Below are positions 6,450 through 17,648 of a DNA stretch of 54,477 nucleotides, one piece after another. Under the pieces are notes generated by a model. That model was not told the origin of the DNA and made no database searches. It worked only from the letters and a program-made list of their open reading frames with translations. Location: positions 1-54,477 of IMG/VR virus record IMGVR_UViG_3300037313_000433; one strand, given 5' to 3'. The translations under genes and the position numbers were made by a program. Numbering within the stretch: the first letter of the stretch is position 1; each line of letters starts with the position of its first letter. This DNA comes from a virus.

Positions 6450-9400
6450 GCCACCCTCAAGAATGTCGTGACTTGACCGGCGGGTGCGCGCCCCATGCAC
6501 TGCCAAGTGCCCGATGGCGATGATCCTGTTGACCCACCATTGTCTGAATAGACCAGGTTAGAACCGGCAGTTGTTGAACCGTTGCCGATCAGTGAGCCTG
6601 TCGTGTTTTTGCAGGTTGCGATGGTTCCGAGATCGCCGACGGAGAGTGTGGCGCTCGCATTCTTCACCAGAAATGGTGCGTCGCTCATCTTGGCATAGGT
6701 GACCGAACCGTCAACGAGCTGCCCCGTGTCAATGCCGGGGATCACGACTAACCCTAAAGACACCCAATTTGATTTCTGTCCTGAACGATTAACGTGCCTT
6801 GCCCACGCTGTCGACAGTGCGCGCACATCACCAACGTAGATAAAGCCTCGGGCAGAACTGTTCGTATTCGTCAACGTGCAGACGTATGGCGTTACATCTG
6901 TCGGCGCTGGAGTCGACCCAGAATTGAATAAGACCTCGGTATACCAATAATCCAGGTCAACCGGGGTGTGCATGAATGGGAAAACTGCCAAGGGGCCAGA
7001 GGCTATTCCGCCGCTGGTCGGATCGGCCGGGGCTGTCGACCTTCCCGCCGGCTGTAGGGCCGATGTCAAACTTGACCAAGTTCCCGGCTGACCATATGCG
7101 TTTCTCGCCCGCACACGGGCCTTGTAGAAATAATTGACGTTGCAGGGGTATGACCACGTTAGATTGTTCGTGACGCCGCCAGCCCCGATGACTGTATACG
7201 TGCCGCCAGATGTCGTTGAGCGGCTGATCTCCACCTCATAGCTCGTCGCGTTCGTGACCGCGCCCCAGGCGAGCGAGATCGCCATATCGACGGTGCCGTC
7301 GCCGTTCAGATCAGTATTGTTCTGAGCGTGCGAGGAAATCGTCGGCGCAGAGAGTGCGGTGGTGTCGAAATCGTTGTCAGATGCGACGGCCGAGCCGGTG
7401 CGATAGGTCTGCGGGTTGTTGCTTGCCGCCACCCACGCCGACGCGTTACCAGACCTGTCAACTGAACGAATGAAGCAGTAATACGCCTGCCCGATCGTAA
7501 GATCGGCTCCGTACAGGAAATCATCTCCGTTTCCAGCCTTGACGATAGTGCCGCCCAATGAACTGGAGTTGGTTGTGTTCACATACCATTCGTAGCGGCG
7601 AATATCCGCGTCGGCGGGCTGCGTCCAAGCGCCGCGAAGGCCCTTTGGCTTCGGAGTGATCGAAAATCCGGTTGGGGCGGTCGGCAAGGCGCTTTTCTTC
7701 GACGGCTGGAACGCCGAGGTGAGCGACGACCACGTCCCCGGCACACCAGCAAAGTTGAACGCTCTGATTCTCGCCTTGTACCAATAGGTGGTTTTTGCCG
7801 GGAAACGCTTCTTGTTCTGTTTCGTCGTTTTGTTGTCGATGACCGTATAGGAACCGCCCGAGGAGGTCGCTTGGCTAAGTTCGATCTCGTAATATTTGGC
7901 GGTCGCCCCCAAATCCGTCCATGTGAGTAGGAGTGCGATATCGACCTTGCCGTCGCCATCGACGTCGATGTTGTCTTGACTGATTGTGAGCCCAGACGGA
8001 GCCGCCAACGCCGTCTGATCAGTCATCCCGTCCGTGACAGCCGGACGGGCATAGCCATGCGAACCAAAGCCAGTACCGGCGGTCTGGTTATAGATCGCGA
8101 ATTCGAGGCAGGCATAGGCCGCACCCGCCGGCACAGTCGCCAGCGCCCCGATCTCCTGCCAGGACGTGGTTATTGATGTCGTCGCGGCAAGCGCCGTGTC
8201 TCCAATCTCGGTGTTGGTGTCGTCGCGCCAGGAAAGCCGCCAGCCCATATTGGTCGAGGCAAAGGAGCCATCCTTCTTGACCATGCCGCCGAAATAGTAC
8301 TGTTCCCCGGCGCGCACCGGGAACACCATATTGTTCCGGTTTACCCAGCTGCTCGCCAATCCGGTATAGGCCCGCTTGATGACATAGTTGCCCTGGAAGG
8401 CGTTGGTCGGGTCATTGATGATCGTGGCCGGATCGGTCCAGCCGATGTTCGGGCCAAGGCTAAGATCTGTGTTCTCGGCATTGGCGTGCATGTCGAGGAT
8501 CGCCATGTCCGACGCCGTCACCCGTCGGTAGACCTGCGGGTTATTCGACGCCGATATCCAGGCAGACACATTGTCAGAGCGATCGACCGAGCGCAGGAAG
8601 CAATAATAGTTCTGCCCGACCGTCAATTCAGCCGCATAGAGGAAATCGTCTCCATTGCCGGCCTTGACCAGCGTTCCGCCGGACGAGCTCGAGTTTGTCG
8701 TGTTGACGTAGAGCTCATAGCGCTTGATGTCGGTGTCTGCTGCCTGCGTCCAGTTCGCCCGCAGTCCTTTCGGCTTGGGCGTGATGCTGAAGCCGCTCGG
8801 CGCCCCAGGCGTCGCGCTCTTCTTCGATGGCTGGAAAGCAGTTGTCAGCCCTGACCATGTGCCGGGATTTCCGAACGCGTTCAGAGCCCGGATGCGGGCC
8901 TTATACCATTTCGTCGTCTTCGCCGGGAAACGAATGGCATTCTGCTTGGTGGTCTTGTTGTCGATGACCGTGTACGTGCCACCGGATGTTGCGGACTGGC
9001 TGAGTTCGACTTCATATTGCTTCGCCGCAGAGCCAAGGTCCGTCCAACTCGTCAGGATTGCAATATCGACCGTGCCATCGCCGTTCAGATCTGCATTGTC
9101 CTGGGTGAGGGTCAAGCCAGTGGGCGCGGAGAGCGGAGTAATGTCGCCATCGTCGTCCACAAGCCGAACCGTCGTCGCCGAGACGCCAGCGGTATTGCTT
9201 GCCGGATATTTCGAACTTTCGTTGCCAGACCGGTCTTCGAACGTCACCCAATAGTAGCGAGTCTTGTTGTTGGCGAGGTGATCATCGACACCATGCACCC
9301 CACCGTTCCTGTCGACCTCGGCCGCCGTCGTGAAATCGTTCGTGTCCGAGCCGTAAAAGATCGCACGCTTGAAGTCGGCATCCGGGCTCTTGTTGACCTT

Positions 9401-11767
9401 CAGGATAACCCGATGATTTTCGCCTGTCGCTGTCAGGCTTGTAGGCGCCGTGGGAGCGGTGTTCTTCTTCGTGACTGTTGTGGACGCCGTAGGCGAGAAG
9501 CTGCCCACAGAGCCGCCGTCGCCCTCAGCAACCGCCCTGACATCAACCGTGTAGGTTTTGCCAGAGGTAACCGGGATGCGATAGTTGTTGTCTTGCGTCC
9601 GATAGGTCCGCGTCGAGCCGCCCGTGATCGCCACGCGCACTACATAGGTCACCGTGCCAGCGACGGCGGTCCAGTCGATATCGAGGAAGAAATTCAGCGT
9701 GCCGTCATCGGCGAGGTCGGAAATCCGGGTGAGCGTCGGCGCGGTCGGGATGTCGATGTTGAAGAGTGTGACGCTTTTCCACGCCGTCCAATTGGTGTCT
9801 CGGCCGCGCTGAGACGGAACGGCCATGAGCCTGACATCGTATTGCTTGCCGAACCTGAATGCCGCGCTGGTGATGGTCCGGGATCCCTCATCGACATTAT
9901 GCGACTTGCCGGAAGCGATGACTTTCGTCGTGCCGTGCTTGCGGACTTCCCAACGGATGCTCTTGACGCCATTGTCGAAGCCGCCCCAGGTCCAGGCAAT
10001 ATTGATCGCTGGCTTATCCTTGCCGCCTGTGTCGTTATCGACCTGATCGGCCGTGACGGTGAAATCGAGACCAAGCGTGCCCGGTCGGACCGGTGTCAGC
10101 GTGCCGACGGATTCCGGCAGTTCAAAGCTCGTGTCCCAATCATAATCGGTCGGATCGGTCTCGCGGATCATGACCAACTGATTGCAGTTGGGCAGGTCGT
10201 CGATGCTCTCGACGCGGAATTTCTTGTTCACATAGCCGTTGCGATCCGAGGTCCATGTGACGACGTCGAAGGGCTCAAGGATATAGGCCTCTGGCGGCAG
10301 TTGGAGAACGTGCGTGATCTGTCGGCGGCTGTCCTTGACCGCGGCGCGCATAAGGCGCTGCGCCTGGTTGCCAAGGGTGACCATCGGCAATTGGACAGAA
10401 GCGATAAGGCGATAGCCGTCTTCTGAGACCAAGTCATCGGAGCCGCCGGAACCGTCGAAGTCAATGGGGGCTGCATCCTTGCTCACCCAACCGGCATCCG
10501 GCCGGGTATAGGTCGCACGCGCGCCGTTATAGGTCTCCTGCAGCGGCCGGAACAGATTGTCGGTCTGGTCCTCGGTGATGATGATATCTTCGTCGGTGAA
10601 CGAGAACACCGATGCGCCTGGCGGTCCGCTCCAGGTCTTCCACAGGCCGCCATATTCGGTCGTGTAGCCAGCGCAGGCCTTGTCGAGTTCCTTGATCGCA
10701 TCCATCGGCTGGGTGTCGACGCTGATCTCGGCGCCGGCATAATAGCGCTTCACCGAGCCGCCGCTGGCGAGCGAAACCGTCTCGTCGCAATGGTTCATCG
10801 CTGCAAACCAGTATGACAGCGGGAGATGCTGTGCCTCGACCCCCTGCCCTCCCCATACCCATTCGCCGTTATAGGAAATGCCGCGCAGGATATTGTATTT
10901 CATCACCACGGGGTTTTCGGAATAGCCCCATGTCGCCGGGTTATTCCAGCGCTGTGAACCGGAGCCGCCGACGCTTGAATCCTTGCGCGGATCATAGAGC
11001 GGAATGCCCCTGACCACGAACTTGAACTCAGGGACGCCAGACCAAATGCCCTCATCGGAATAGACGCACACGACGACGACATAGGCGCAGCCCTTGCCAA
11101 TCATGTCGTCCGTCCACGGCTTATCCGGATCGCTTCCGAACGTCGCCTTCAGCCATGGATCGGCGGCCGTCTGCGTGCCATCATAGAACCGCATCCAGCA
11201 GTATTGCGTGTTATACTTGTCGCCGCCGCGCTTGTCGTACTCAACGATGCGGAAATAGCCCGGCCGCGGGGAATAAGAGGCGAATGTGGTGCCATCGTCG
11301 GCCGGATCAACCGGAGAGGCAAAGCTGTCATCGACGGTGGCCTTGTCGCCATTGATCCAGAGTATATCGGAAAAGCCGCTCACGGGCAGTTCCGACAGGC
11401 TGATGACCAAAACCAGCTTGTTGTTGGGCAGGTCTCCGTCATCGACCTGGTTGACATAGACCAGCTTACCAGGGGTCGCATATTCACCCATGATGAACGA
11501 GATGGGGTTATCCCCGCCGCTGGACAGCTTCTGCTTGATACCGACCGGGTCCGGCTCCTTGGGCGCCAGTAGCTTAGACAGGAGCATATTGGCGCCCATC
11601 GACACCACAGCCGACGCCAGGGCTCCGAGAACGGGAATAGATTGGATCGCCGTGAATGCCGCACCAATCGCCGCCACAAGCGGGCCGGCATGCGCGTCAG
11701 CTGGCGAGAATGCAAGCGCCGTCGAGGCCGCGAGGACGACCTGCCAAATAAACCTGGATTTCTTCAA
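6446..11767 (-). CDS. host specificity / central tail fibre protein (lambda J / GTA g15-like) with multiple fibronectin-III-like repeats
   Basis: About 1770 aa; hydrophobic Gly/Ala-rich N-terminus then the conserved J-like region; repeated FN3-like modules. ORF is open to 11872 but the TTG at 11767, just after the upstream stop, is the more likely start. Confidence 0.85.
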   Translation of the reverse strand: MKKSRFIWQVVLAASTALAFSPADAHAGPLVAAIGAAFTAIQSIPVLGALASAVVSMGANMLLSKLLAPKEPDPVGIKQKLSSGGDNPISFIMGEYATPGKLVYVNQVDDGDLPNNKLVLVISLSELPVSGFSDILWINGDKATVDDSFASPVDPADDGTTFASYSPRPGYFRIVEYDKRGGDKYNTQYCWMRFYDGTQTAADPWLKATFGSDPDKPWTDDMIGKGCAYVVVVCVYSDEGIWSGVPEFKFVVRGIPLYDPRKDSSVGGSGSQRWNNPATWGYSENPVVMKYNILRGISYNGEWVWGGQGVEAQHLPLSYWFAAMNHCDETVSLASGGSVKRYYAGAEISVDTQPMDAIKELDKACAGYTTEYGGLWKTWSGPPGASVFSFTDEDIIITEDQTDNLFRPLQETYNGARATYTRPDAGWVSKDAAPIDFDGSGGSDDLVSEDGYRLIASVQLPMVTLGNQAQRLMRAAVKDSRRQITHVLQLPPEAYILEPFDVVTWTSDRNGYVNKKFRVESIDDLPNCNQLVMIRETDPTDYDWDTSFELPESVGTLTPVRPGTLGLDFTVTADQVDNDTGGKDKPAINIAWTWGGFDNGVKSIRWEVRKHGTTKVIASGKSHNVDEGSRTITSAAFRFGKQYDVRLMAVPSQRGRDTNWTAWKSVTLFNIDIPTAPTLTRISDLADDGTLNFFLDIDWTAVAGTVTYVVRVAITGGSTRTYRTQDNNYRIPVTSGKTYTVDVRAVAEGDGGSVGSFSPTASTTVTKKNTAPTAPTSLTATGENHRVILKVNKSPDADFKRAIFYGSDTNDFTTAAEVDRNGGVHGVDDHLANNKTRYYWVTFEDRSGNESSKYPASNTAGVSATTVRLVDDDGDITPLSAPTGLTLTQDNADLNGDGTVDIAILTSWTDLGSAAKQYEVELSQSATSGGTYTVIDNKTTKQNAIRFPAKTTKWYKARIRALNAFGNPGTWSGLTTAFQPSKKSATPGAPSGFSITPKPKGLRANWTQAADTDIKRYELYVNTTNSSSSGGTLVKAGNGDDFLYAAELTVGQNYYCFLRSVDRSDNVSAWISASNNPQVYRRVTASDMAILDMHANAENTDLSLGPNIGWTDPATIINDPTNAFQGNYVIKRAYTGLASSWVNRNNMVFPVRAGEQYYFGGMVKKDGSFASTNMGWRLSWRDDTNTEIGDTALAATTSITTSWQEIGALATVPAGAAYACLEFAIYNQTAGTGFGSHGYARPAVTDGMTDQTALAAPSGLTISQDNIDVDGDGKVDIALLLTWTDLGATAKYYEIELSQATSSGGSYTVIDNKTTKQNKKRFPAKTTYWYKARIRAFNFAGVPGTWSSLTSAFQPSKKSALPTAPTGFSITPKPKGLRGAWTQPADADIRRYEWYVNTTNSSSLGGTIVKAGNGDDFLYGADLTIGQAYYCFIRSVDRSGNASAWVAASNNPQTYRTGSAVASDNDFDTTALSAPTISSHAQNNTDLNGDGTVDMAISLAWGAVTNATSYEVEISRSTTSGGTYTVIGAGGVTNNLTWSYPCNVNYFYKARVRARNAYGQPGTWSSLTSALQPAGRSTAPADPTSGGIASGPLAVFPFMHTPVDLDYWYTEVLFNSGSTPAPTDVTPYVCTLTNTNSSARGFIYVGDVRALSTAWARHVNRSGQKSNWVSLGLVVIPGIDTGQLVDGSVTYAKMSDAPFLVKNASATLSVGDLGTIATCKNTTGSLIGNGSTTAGSNLVYSDNGGSTGSSPSGTWQCMGRAPAGQVTTFLRVA

Positions 11768-11769
11768 GA

Positions 11770-12183
11770 TTATCCGACCCTGAAAGCTCGATTGGCCTTC
11801 GTCAAAGGCAGCGCGCCCTTGCCACGAAGTGTCATGCAAATGATGTGTGGGCCGCCGACGATAGCGAGGCATGGCCCATAGCCGGGCATCTCAACGGAGG
11901 CGAGATCGCCCACGCCGGCCTCACCTACTGCGATCTCCGGGAAATGGTAGGCTGCGATATCCGCCACCGTCTTGAAGCCGGCCGCCTCGATTGCCGCCTT
12001 GGCCCCATCCTCGTCGACATACTTGCCGTGGAACGGTTCGGCGAAGTCCGCGCCCGTCATCGCGGCCACTGCGCCGGCAGCGAATAGCGCGCAGTCGATC
12101 GCGCCCCATTGAAACGGCTTGCCGTCGCAGCCATCAAGATAGGCGTCCAACTGCGCCCTCCAGTCCTTGAGCCGAGCGATCAT
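11770..12183 (-). CDS. NlpC/P60-type cell wall peptidase-like tail protein (lambda K / GTA-like)
   Basis: 137 aa; candidate catalytic Cys in WGAIDCALFAAGAV; position between L-like and J-like genes. Confidence 0.6.
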   Translation of the reverse strand: MIARLKDWRAQLDAYLDGCDGKPFQWGAIDCALFAAGAVAAMTGADFAEPFHGKYVDEDGAKAAIEAAGFKTVADIAAYHFPEIAVGEAGVGDLASVEMPGYGPCLAIVGGPHIICMTLRGKGALPLTKANRAFRVG

Positions 12184-12872
12184 TTGAAGAAATGCTCCTT
12201 CGGGCGCTCATTGGTGTTGTCCTTGATGGCTTTTTCGTCCTGGCCCCACCAGATGCGCCAAGCGCCGGCCACGTCGAGATAGGTGCCGAACAGGTCACCG
12301 GCTCGCTTCTTCAGCATCTCCATCGAGAACAGCAGGCCACTTGTCCGGGTGAGGATGCGAGAACGGGAGACGCATTCCAGTTCGATACCGCCTTCGCCGA
12401 CCTTGCCGCCCTTTTCTTCCTTGGGAACGTTGATCGGCGCGGCATTTATGTAGCCGGAGAAGCGGCACATCGCTGGATCCACGATCTGTCCGGTATCGAG
12501 ATCGAATATCCCGCGATGGATCTCGATCACGGCCATGCGAGCATCGTAGAGGCGGATGGCATCGAGCACGGCCGGAGAAAGCCTGGAGATCTTCAGGCGT
12601 ATCGTCCTGACCTCCAGCGCCATGCCAGCCGGGATTGAAGGGACGACAAGCTGGCCGAGCGGCTGGTAGGTTCGAGCCGATCCTGTTGATGCGCCGGTCT
12701 CCGGATCAATCACAGGGACAACGGTCGGAACTTTGCCAGCCCAGAGCCCGATTTCCTCGATCACACCCGTGCTGCGGTTCTTGGCCTTGATCCAGACGAG
12801 ATCGCGCATGATCAACCCGTCTTGCCGCGCATTCTGGAACGCGGTGAGCGTGTTCGTGCCGACGTCCTTCAT
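12180..12872 (-). CDS. tail tip/hub protein (lambda L-like, DUF2163-type)
   Basis: 230 aa; gene order TMP-M-L-K-J; ATGA coupling. Confidence 0.55.
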   Translation of the reverse strand: MKDVGTNTLTAFQNARQDGLIMRDLVWIKAKNRSTGVIEEIGLWAGKVPTVVPVIDPETGASTGSARTYQPLGQLVVPSIPAGMALEVRTIRLKISRLSPAVLDAIRLYDARMAVIEIHRGIFDLDTGQIVDPAMCRFSGYINAAPINVPKEEKGGKVGEGGIELECVSRSRILTRTSGLLFSMEMLKKRAGDLFGTYLDVAGAWRIWWGQDEKAIKDNTNERPKEHFFK

Positions 12873-13532
12873 TCAGGGCACCTGCTCGCACGAGAACGAA
12901 ATGCCGGATGTGAAGACATCCTTGCGCGTTCCGTAATCGATGGATTCAGCGATGATCTTCATCCTGCATGAGGCTTTCTTGAAGGTCATGGGCTTGCCAG
13001 TGGCGAGGCTGGGATCATCCAACCGCGGACGGAATTCAATGAAATCGGTGTTGCCGCTACCGTCGGCGGTGTCGCCCGCAACGATTTCATGGAGCGCACG
13101 GTAGGCGCCGCTGCCATAGTCGAAGCAGAACCGATCGCCAGCCGTGAGCACATAATGCGCCGGCAGACCGGCAAACTTCATCTGCTTGCCATTGCCGGCG
13201 ACGAGCGAATTCGTGACTGAGGAAGAGCCAAGGATCACCCCGCCCGGATCATTGATCGGATAGGCGCAGACCGGGTCATAGAGGTAGAAGTCGTTCATGC
13301 CGCCTTCGAAACTATGGATTAGCGCCTGGAGCGCGCGGGCGGCGCCGCTGTAGAGCGGACGGATCACCACATCGGCGCACCAATAGGACGGGCGAGGATT
13401 GGCTGGGATGATCTGCCCGGTGCCCAAGCCGGAGAGTTCTACCGGGTCGACCGGATAGAATTTCAGGCTCTCCAACTGCAATCCATTGGCGAAGTCGGAG
13501 ATCCCTAGTGGGAAGGTCAAAGACGGCATCAA
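12873..13532 (-). CDS. distal tail protein (lambda M-like / GTA g13-like)
   Basis: 219 aa immediately downstream of the tape measure gene. Confidence 0.55.
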   Translation of the reverse strand: MMPSLTFPLGISDFANGLQLESLKFYPVDPVELSGLGTGQIIPANPRPSYWCADVVIRPLYSGAARALQALIHSFEGGMNDFYLYDPVCAYPINDPGGVILGSSSVTNSLVAGNGKQMKFAGLPAHYVLTAGDRFCFDYGSGAYRALHEIVAGDTADGSGNTDFIEFRPRLDDPSLATGKPMTFKKASCRMKIIAESIDYGTRKDVFTSGISFSCEQVP

Positions 13533-16500
13533 TCACCCTTGCGCATATTTGTCATCGGCGATCTGCCGAACGCGCGCCGGCAGGTTGTTGTTGGAGAAGT
13601 TCTCCAGATGCCCCGGAACGCGCTCGTCGACCGTCTTGACCGATACCGACTTCACGAAGCTCTGAAGATTACCGTTCTTGTCGACGCTCGATTTCGTCTC
13701 GACGGTGACATGGAGCCTTCCGCCCTGCCCCGAGCCCTGCGGCGCGGAGGGGATCATTGGTGCCCCGCCGACATATCCGCCATCGGCATAGCCCTTGTTG
13801 ATGGCGTGCAGCAGCGGCATGAACAGCGAGGTGGCGCTGGCGTTGATGACATATTCGCCGCGGTGAACGATACCCGCTGGCTCGTGCTTGCCACCATCGC
13901 CGGTATATCCGCCGGATGCGAAGCCAAAAAGATGGAAGAGCGCGCCAAAGAAGCCGCCGCCGGAGCTACTGGACGCAGAGGGTGCCGCCCCGAGCGTGCT
14001 GGTGAGGTCGGTAAAGCTGGTGCTGACCGTTTTAGAGGAGTCACCAAGAATATTGACGTTGGAAGCAGCAGACGTCGAAGTCGTTGATAGGCTCTTCAGC
14101 GCTGTGTTTGCCTGCTGCACATTGAGCGGCTGCGCGCCTTTCTGCACCTCAAAGTGCATCGGGTCATATTTCGAGTGCCAATCACCGCCCCATGCCAATC
14201 CATATCTCGATGCGGTTTCAGAAATGTCCGACGGCATATTGGTCGTGAGCGGCTGCCCTTTGCCAGGATAGGTGACGGGGTTTTGATATGGATTGATATC
14301 GATCGCATCGCCGAAAGCATGATTGCTCAGCGTGTTCGTACCAGCGATGTTGCGGTAATTATAACCGCCGATGCTGTTGATCTGATAGCCTTGGGATTGC
14401 AGGTCGTTGACGAAACCCTGGAAATTGCCCGCATATTGGCTGTTGACTTGAGCCGTTAGACCGTTCGTCGTCGAAATTGTTGAAAGTGGAATGCCAGTTT
14501 TTGTATATCCAGCATTGGCAAGTGGTGAAATGTTCTGGTTGGCCGCCGGAGGCACGTTGATAAGCCCTGCGGCATTCAACGTCGGCGCCGCGTTCTGATT
14601 GGCTGCAGTGGCCGCGAGATTGACCTTCGTGGATGCCCCAAGGCTGGGAAGCGTTGCACCGGTCAAGCCAGGCAACCCAGGGACGCCACCATTCACATTC
14701 ACCACGGCAGCCGTAACCGTCATCGTGCCTGTCGTCTGGGCCGGAATGCTCGGTGCAGTCAGTTTTCCCGAGAACAGATCCGACAGAGTCGGCAGGTTCG
14801 AGCCGGGAATGAGCGCGTTCTTGAGCGGGTTCGCAATGGCGAGCTGATTGAAGAGCGACAACGCCGATTGCGCAATGTTCCGCAGAGTGTCTTTCCAGCT
14901 GCTGCCCGCAGTCGTAGCGCCGTTGACGAGTTGGTCGATCATGTCGCCTTCGGTTTGGGCGAGCGACTGATACGCGGCTTGCTGGCGCTGAAGCTGGACA
15001 TTGAACGAGGCGTTCGCTGCGGCTTGCGCGACGTCCAACTGTGCGGTTTTCGTCTGGAGATCGACGCCGGCTTGACGAAGCTTCTGTTGTTCCTGAAGAG
15101 CAGCCGTCTCGCGCGCTACCTGATCCGCACTAGCCCCGATCAGATTCGCCTGAAGCTGAAGCTGCTCAGTCTGGTCGACCTGGCTCTGAAGCATCTTCTG
15201 TGCGGTGATCTCAGAATTGAGCTTCGCGACAGCAACGGCATTGGCCTGCGCTGCGGCGACTTCCGCCTGGTTTGCTGTCGCGCCGCGCCTTGCGGCTTCG
15301 TCTTCCAGCGCAGCCTTGGCCTGGTATGCCGCAATCAACTGATTTTGGACGGCAACGTTCTGCCCGGCAATGCTCACTTCGAACTGAGCGGTTGTGACAC
15401 TACGAGCGGATGCGGCTTCGCGATCCTTCTGGGCCAGATTTAGAGCATTGACTGCCTGCGCATAGGCAAGCGCGGCCGCAGCGTTGGCCCGGTATTGACG
15501 ATTTATCTCGTCTTCGCCCTTGTTCAAGGGCTGGGCCAAAACGTTCTGGCGAGCCGCCTCGGCAAGCTCCAATGGTGTCCGCGCCCCGATCGATGAAAGG
15601 GCGGCTTGCTGTTGCCTCTGCAAATCCCGGAGGGCTGTCGCATTATCAAACGCGCTCTTCAGTGCAGCTTGATCACCGGCATTCTTGATTGCGGTTTGCG
15701 AGTCAGCAGTGTTGATGTCGGCGCCCTGGCGCAATAGGTTCTGCTTTTCCCTCAGTTCGGCGACCTGCCGCGCGTATTCGTCGCCAGCTTTCCCAGCTAA
15801 CTTTATCTCGAGCGCTAGGGTATCCATGCTGTCGCTTTGGGACTGAAGCTCGCGCTTTACCCGCAGCTGGGCATTGAGCTTAGCGACAGCCGCGGCGTTC
15901 TGTTCTGCAGCCTTCATTTCATTTGGATCAGGCTTCACATGGTTTGCTGCCGCTTGAGCCTCGATCGCGGCGCGCGCCTGGAATGCGGCGGTAAGGGCAT
16001 TCTGCTCGCCAACCGTCTTGGTCGCGATATCCAATTCATACTGTGCCTGCACTACCGTGGCAGCAGAAGCACGCTCACGGGCCTCCTTGGCCTGGCGGAG
16101 TTGAATTTCGGCTGCGGTTAGAGCCTTGGTCTGCGCCAATTCGGAGGCATTGTCCTTAACCGGCTGCGATGTGGTCAAAGGTAGATTCGCAATAGCAGTA
16201 AGACCCGCAGCCTTGGCCTTCTCAGAGGGTGATTTGGCCAGCAATTCGGCATTTTGAGCGGCGATCTGCAGCCTGAATTGAGCTGTGGCGTTGGCAATGG
16301 CCTCCTGGTCTTCCAACTGCATCTTTTGATACGCGACCATTTTGTCGGTATCAGCGATCGGGTTTGCTTTGCCCGCAGATGTCAAAAAGCCGATGCCGGG
16401 TCGGCCTTGATTTGCCGAGAGCTCATTTATGAGCTTGTTTGTGTCTTCGAGCTCATCATTGAGCAGTTTGACGTCCTTGATGTAGTCTGTCACCTGCTTT

Positions 16501-17648
16501 GCCGCGACCTGTAAGGCGGGATTAGTGCTCGCAGCGTTGTTCACGCCATTAATGAATTTGTTGACATCCTGGTCCTTGCCCAGGGCCTTAAACTGGTCCT
16601 CGAAAGGTCGGAAAGCCGGCATGGCCTTAAACATGTCGGCGGCTGTGCCGTTCAAAATAGCAGCCGCTGACACGGATTGGGAGCTGAACCTATTCTGATA
16701 TTGGGCCAGCAGCTCGGCTTTGCGTTGGGCTAGCTCCTCGGTGCTCTGTTGCGTTGCGTTTCTGGCAATAATCTGGTCGGCGGTGCCGTAGCCGACAGCC
16801 TTCTCTTTCGCCAGATCATATGCCTTCCCCAACGCCGCAATGTTTGCCGCATGCGTCTTCAATATTTCGTCTGTCGACTTAGACTGGCTTGTTTCGAGCG
16901 CGAAAAAGGCGCCAGCGGCCACAGTGACAGCCCCTATAGCGATTCCGACAGGACCGAGGGCAGTTGCGGCCGACGCAGCCAACGCGCCGACAGCGGCGAG
17001 GTCTGACTTGACCGCAGCCATCCCGCCACCCGCACCCATGTATGCTTGGGCAATCTGCGGCCCCTGTTGCGCCGCGATGATCGCTGGCGACAGGCCAGAA
17101 AACAGACCTTGCCCAACGTCGAACGCCTGGTATCCGAGATTGGTGCGGCGGAACGTGGCGTTGTTATTGTTTGCGGCAGGAGGTGTAGGCGGAGCCTTAT
17201 TAAGGCTTGCGAGAAAGGCGTCATGCTTGGCTTTCGCTGCGGTCTCGGCCTGGGCGAATTCCTGCGCGCTGATCGCGCCGGCATCGAGCATCTTCTTGTA
17301 TTCGACCAGGCTCGCGGTCAGCTTTGCGTGAGAGCCAGCGATCGGGTCAAGGGCGGCGCGAAGGGCGGTAGCCTTGGCGGTGTAGTCGACGACCTTGGCC
17401 GCCGCGCCGCCGGTCGCGGCACTGACGCTATTAATCGCAGTCGCCTGCTTATCAAGCGCAGAAGCCACAGCAGACGCCGCAGGAGCGAGTTTCGCCGTCG
17501 CCGTGGCCGCGGCAGTGGCGCTGGTGGAAAGCGCGTCAGCGGCGCTCTCCGCCTTGACGGCAGACGTGACAAGCAGATCGAGGGCGGAGGTACCCTTCTC
17601 GATCCCGCTGCTGTCAACTGAAAGCCCGAGGGCTGCTACGTCTGCCAC
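13533..17648 (-). CDS. tail tape measure protein with embedded M15 (VanY/DD-peptidase-like) peptidoglycan hydrolase domain
   Basis: 1371 aa, Ala/Gln-rich coiled coil, downstream of the G/GT chaperone. [12 protein letters not shown]...DPMHFEV matches an HxxxxxxD...H zinc peptidase signature (about 14130-14430). Confidence 0.85.
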   Translation of the reverse strand: MADVAALGLSVDSSGIEKGTSALDLLVTSAVKAESAADALSTSATAAATATAKLAPAASAVASALDKQATAINSVSAATGGAAAKVVDYTAKATALRAALDPIAGSHAKLTASLVEYKKMLDAGAISAQEFAQAETAAKAKHDAFLASLNKAPPTPPAANNNNATFRRTNLGYQAFDVGQGLFSGLSPAIIAAQQGPQIAQAYMGAGGGMAAVKSDLAAVGALAASAATALGPVGIAIGAVTVAAGAFFALETSQSKSTDEILKTHAANIAALGKAYDLAKEKAVGYGTADQIIARNATQQSTEELAQRKAELLAQYQNRFSSQSVSAAAILNGTAADMFKAMPAFRPFEDQFKALGKDQDVNKFINGVNNAASTNPALQVAAKQVTDYIKDVKLLNDELEDTNKLINELSANQGRPGIGFLTSAGKANPIADTDKMVAYQKMQLEDQEAIANATAQFRLQIAAQNAELLAKSPSEKAKAAGLTAIANLPLTTSQPVKDNASELAQTKALTAAEIQLRQAKEARERASAATVVQAQYELDIATKTVGEQNALTAAFQARAAIEAQAAANHVKPDPNEMKAAEQNAAAVAKLNAQLRVKRELQSQSDSMDTLALEIKLAGKAGDEYARQVAELREKQNLLRQGADINTADSQTAIKNAGDQAALKSAFDNATALRDLQRQQQAALSSIGARTPLELAEAARQNVLAQPLNKGEDEINRQYRANAAAALAYAQAVNALNLAQKDREAASARSVTTAQFEVSIAGQNVAVQNQLIAAYQAKAALEDEAARRGATANQAEVAAAQANAVAVAKLNSEITAQKMLQSQVDQTEQLQLQANLIGASADQVARETAALQEQQKLRQAGVDLQTKTAQLDVAQAAANASFNVQLQRQQAAYQSLAQTEGDMIDQLVNGATTAGSSWKDTLRNIAQSALSLFNQLAIANPLKNALIPGSNLPTLSDLFSGKLTAPSIPAQTTGTMTVTAAVVNVNGGVPGLPGLTGATLPSLGASTKVNLAATAANQNAAPTLNAAGLINVPPAANQNISPLANAGYTKTGIPLSTISTTNGLTAQVNSQYAGNFQGFVNDLQSQGYQINSIGGYNYRNIAGTNTLSNHAFGDAIDINPYQNPVTYPGKGQPLTTNMPSDISETASRYGLAWGGDWHSKYDPMHFEVQKGAQPLNVQQANTALKSLSTTSTSAASNVNILGDSSKTVSTSFTDLTSTLGAAPSASSSSGGGFFGALFHLFGFASGGYTGDGGKHEPAGIVHRGEYVINASATSLFMPLLHAINKGYADGGYVGGAPMIPSAPQGSGQGGRLHVTVETKSSVDKNGNLQSFVKSVSVKTVDERVPGHLENFSNNNLPARVRQIADDKYAQG

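Noticed and set aside
6957-9254. Periodic repeats that might suggest a CRISPR or satellite array
   Set aside because: The repeats are about 600-bp diverged in-frame protein modules (FN3-like) inside one long ORF. They are not short identical repeats with spacers.
9017-10426. 469-aa plus-strand ORF
   Set aside because: Entirely antisense to the J-like host-specificity gene; Arg/Asp/Ile-rich junk composition.
11768-11872. Upstream ATG start (11872) of the J-like ORF
   Set aside because: It would overlap the NlpC/P60-like gene by about 100 nt and add an Arg/His-rich leader. A TTG right after the upstream stop is more plausible, though the exact start is uncertain.
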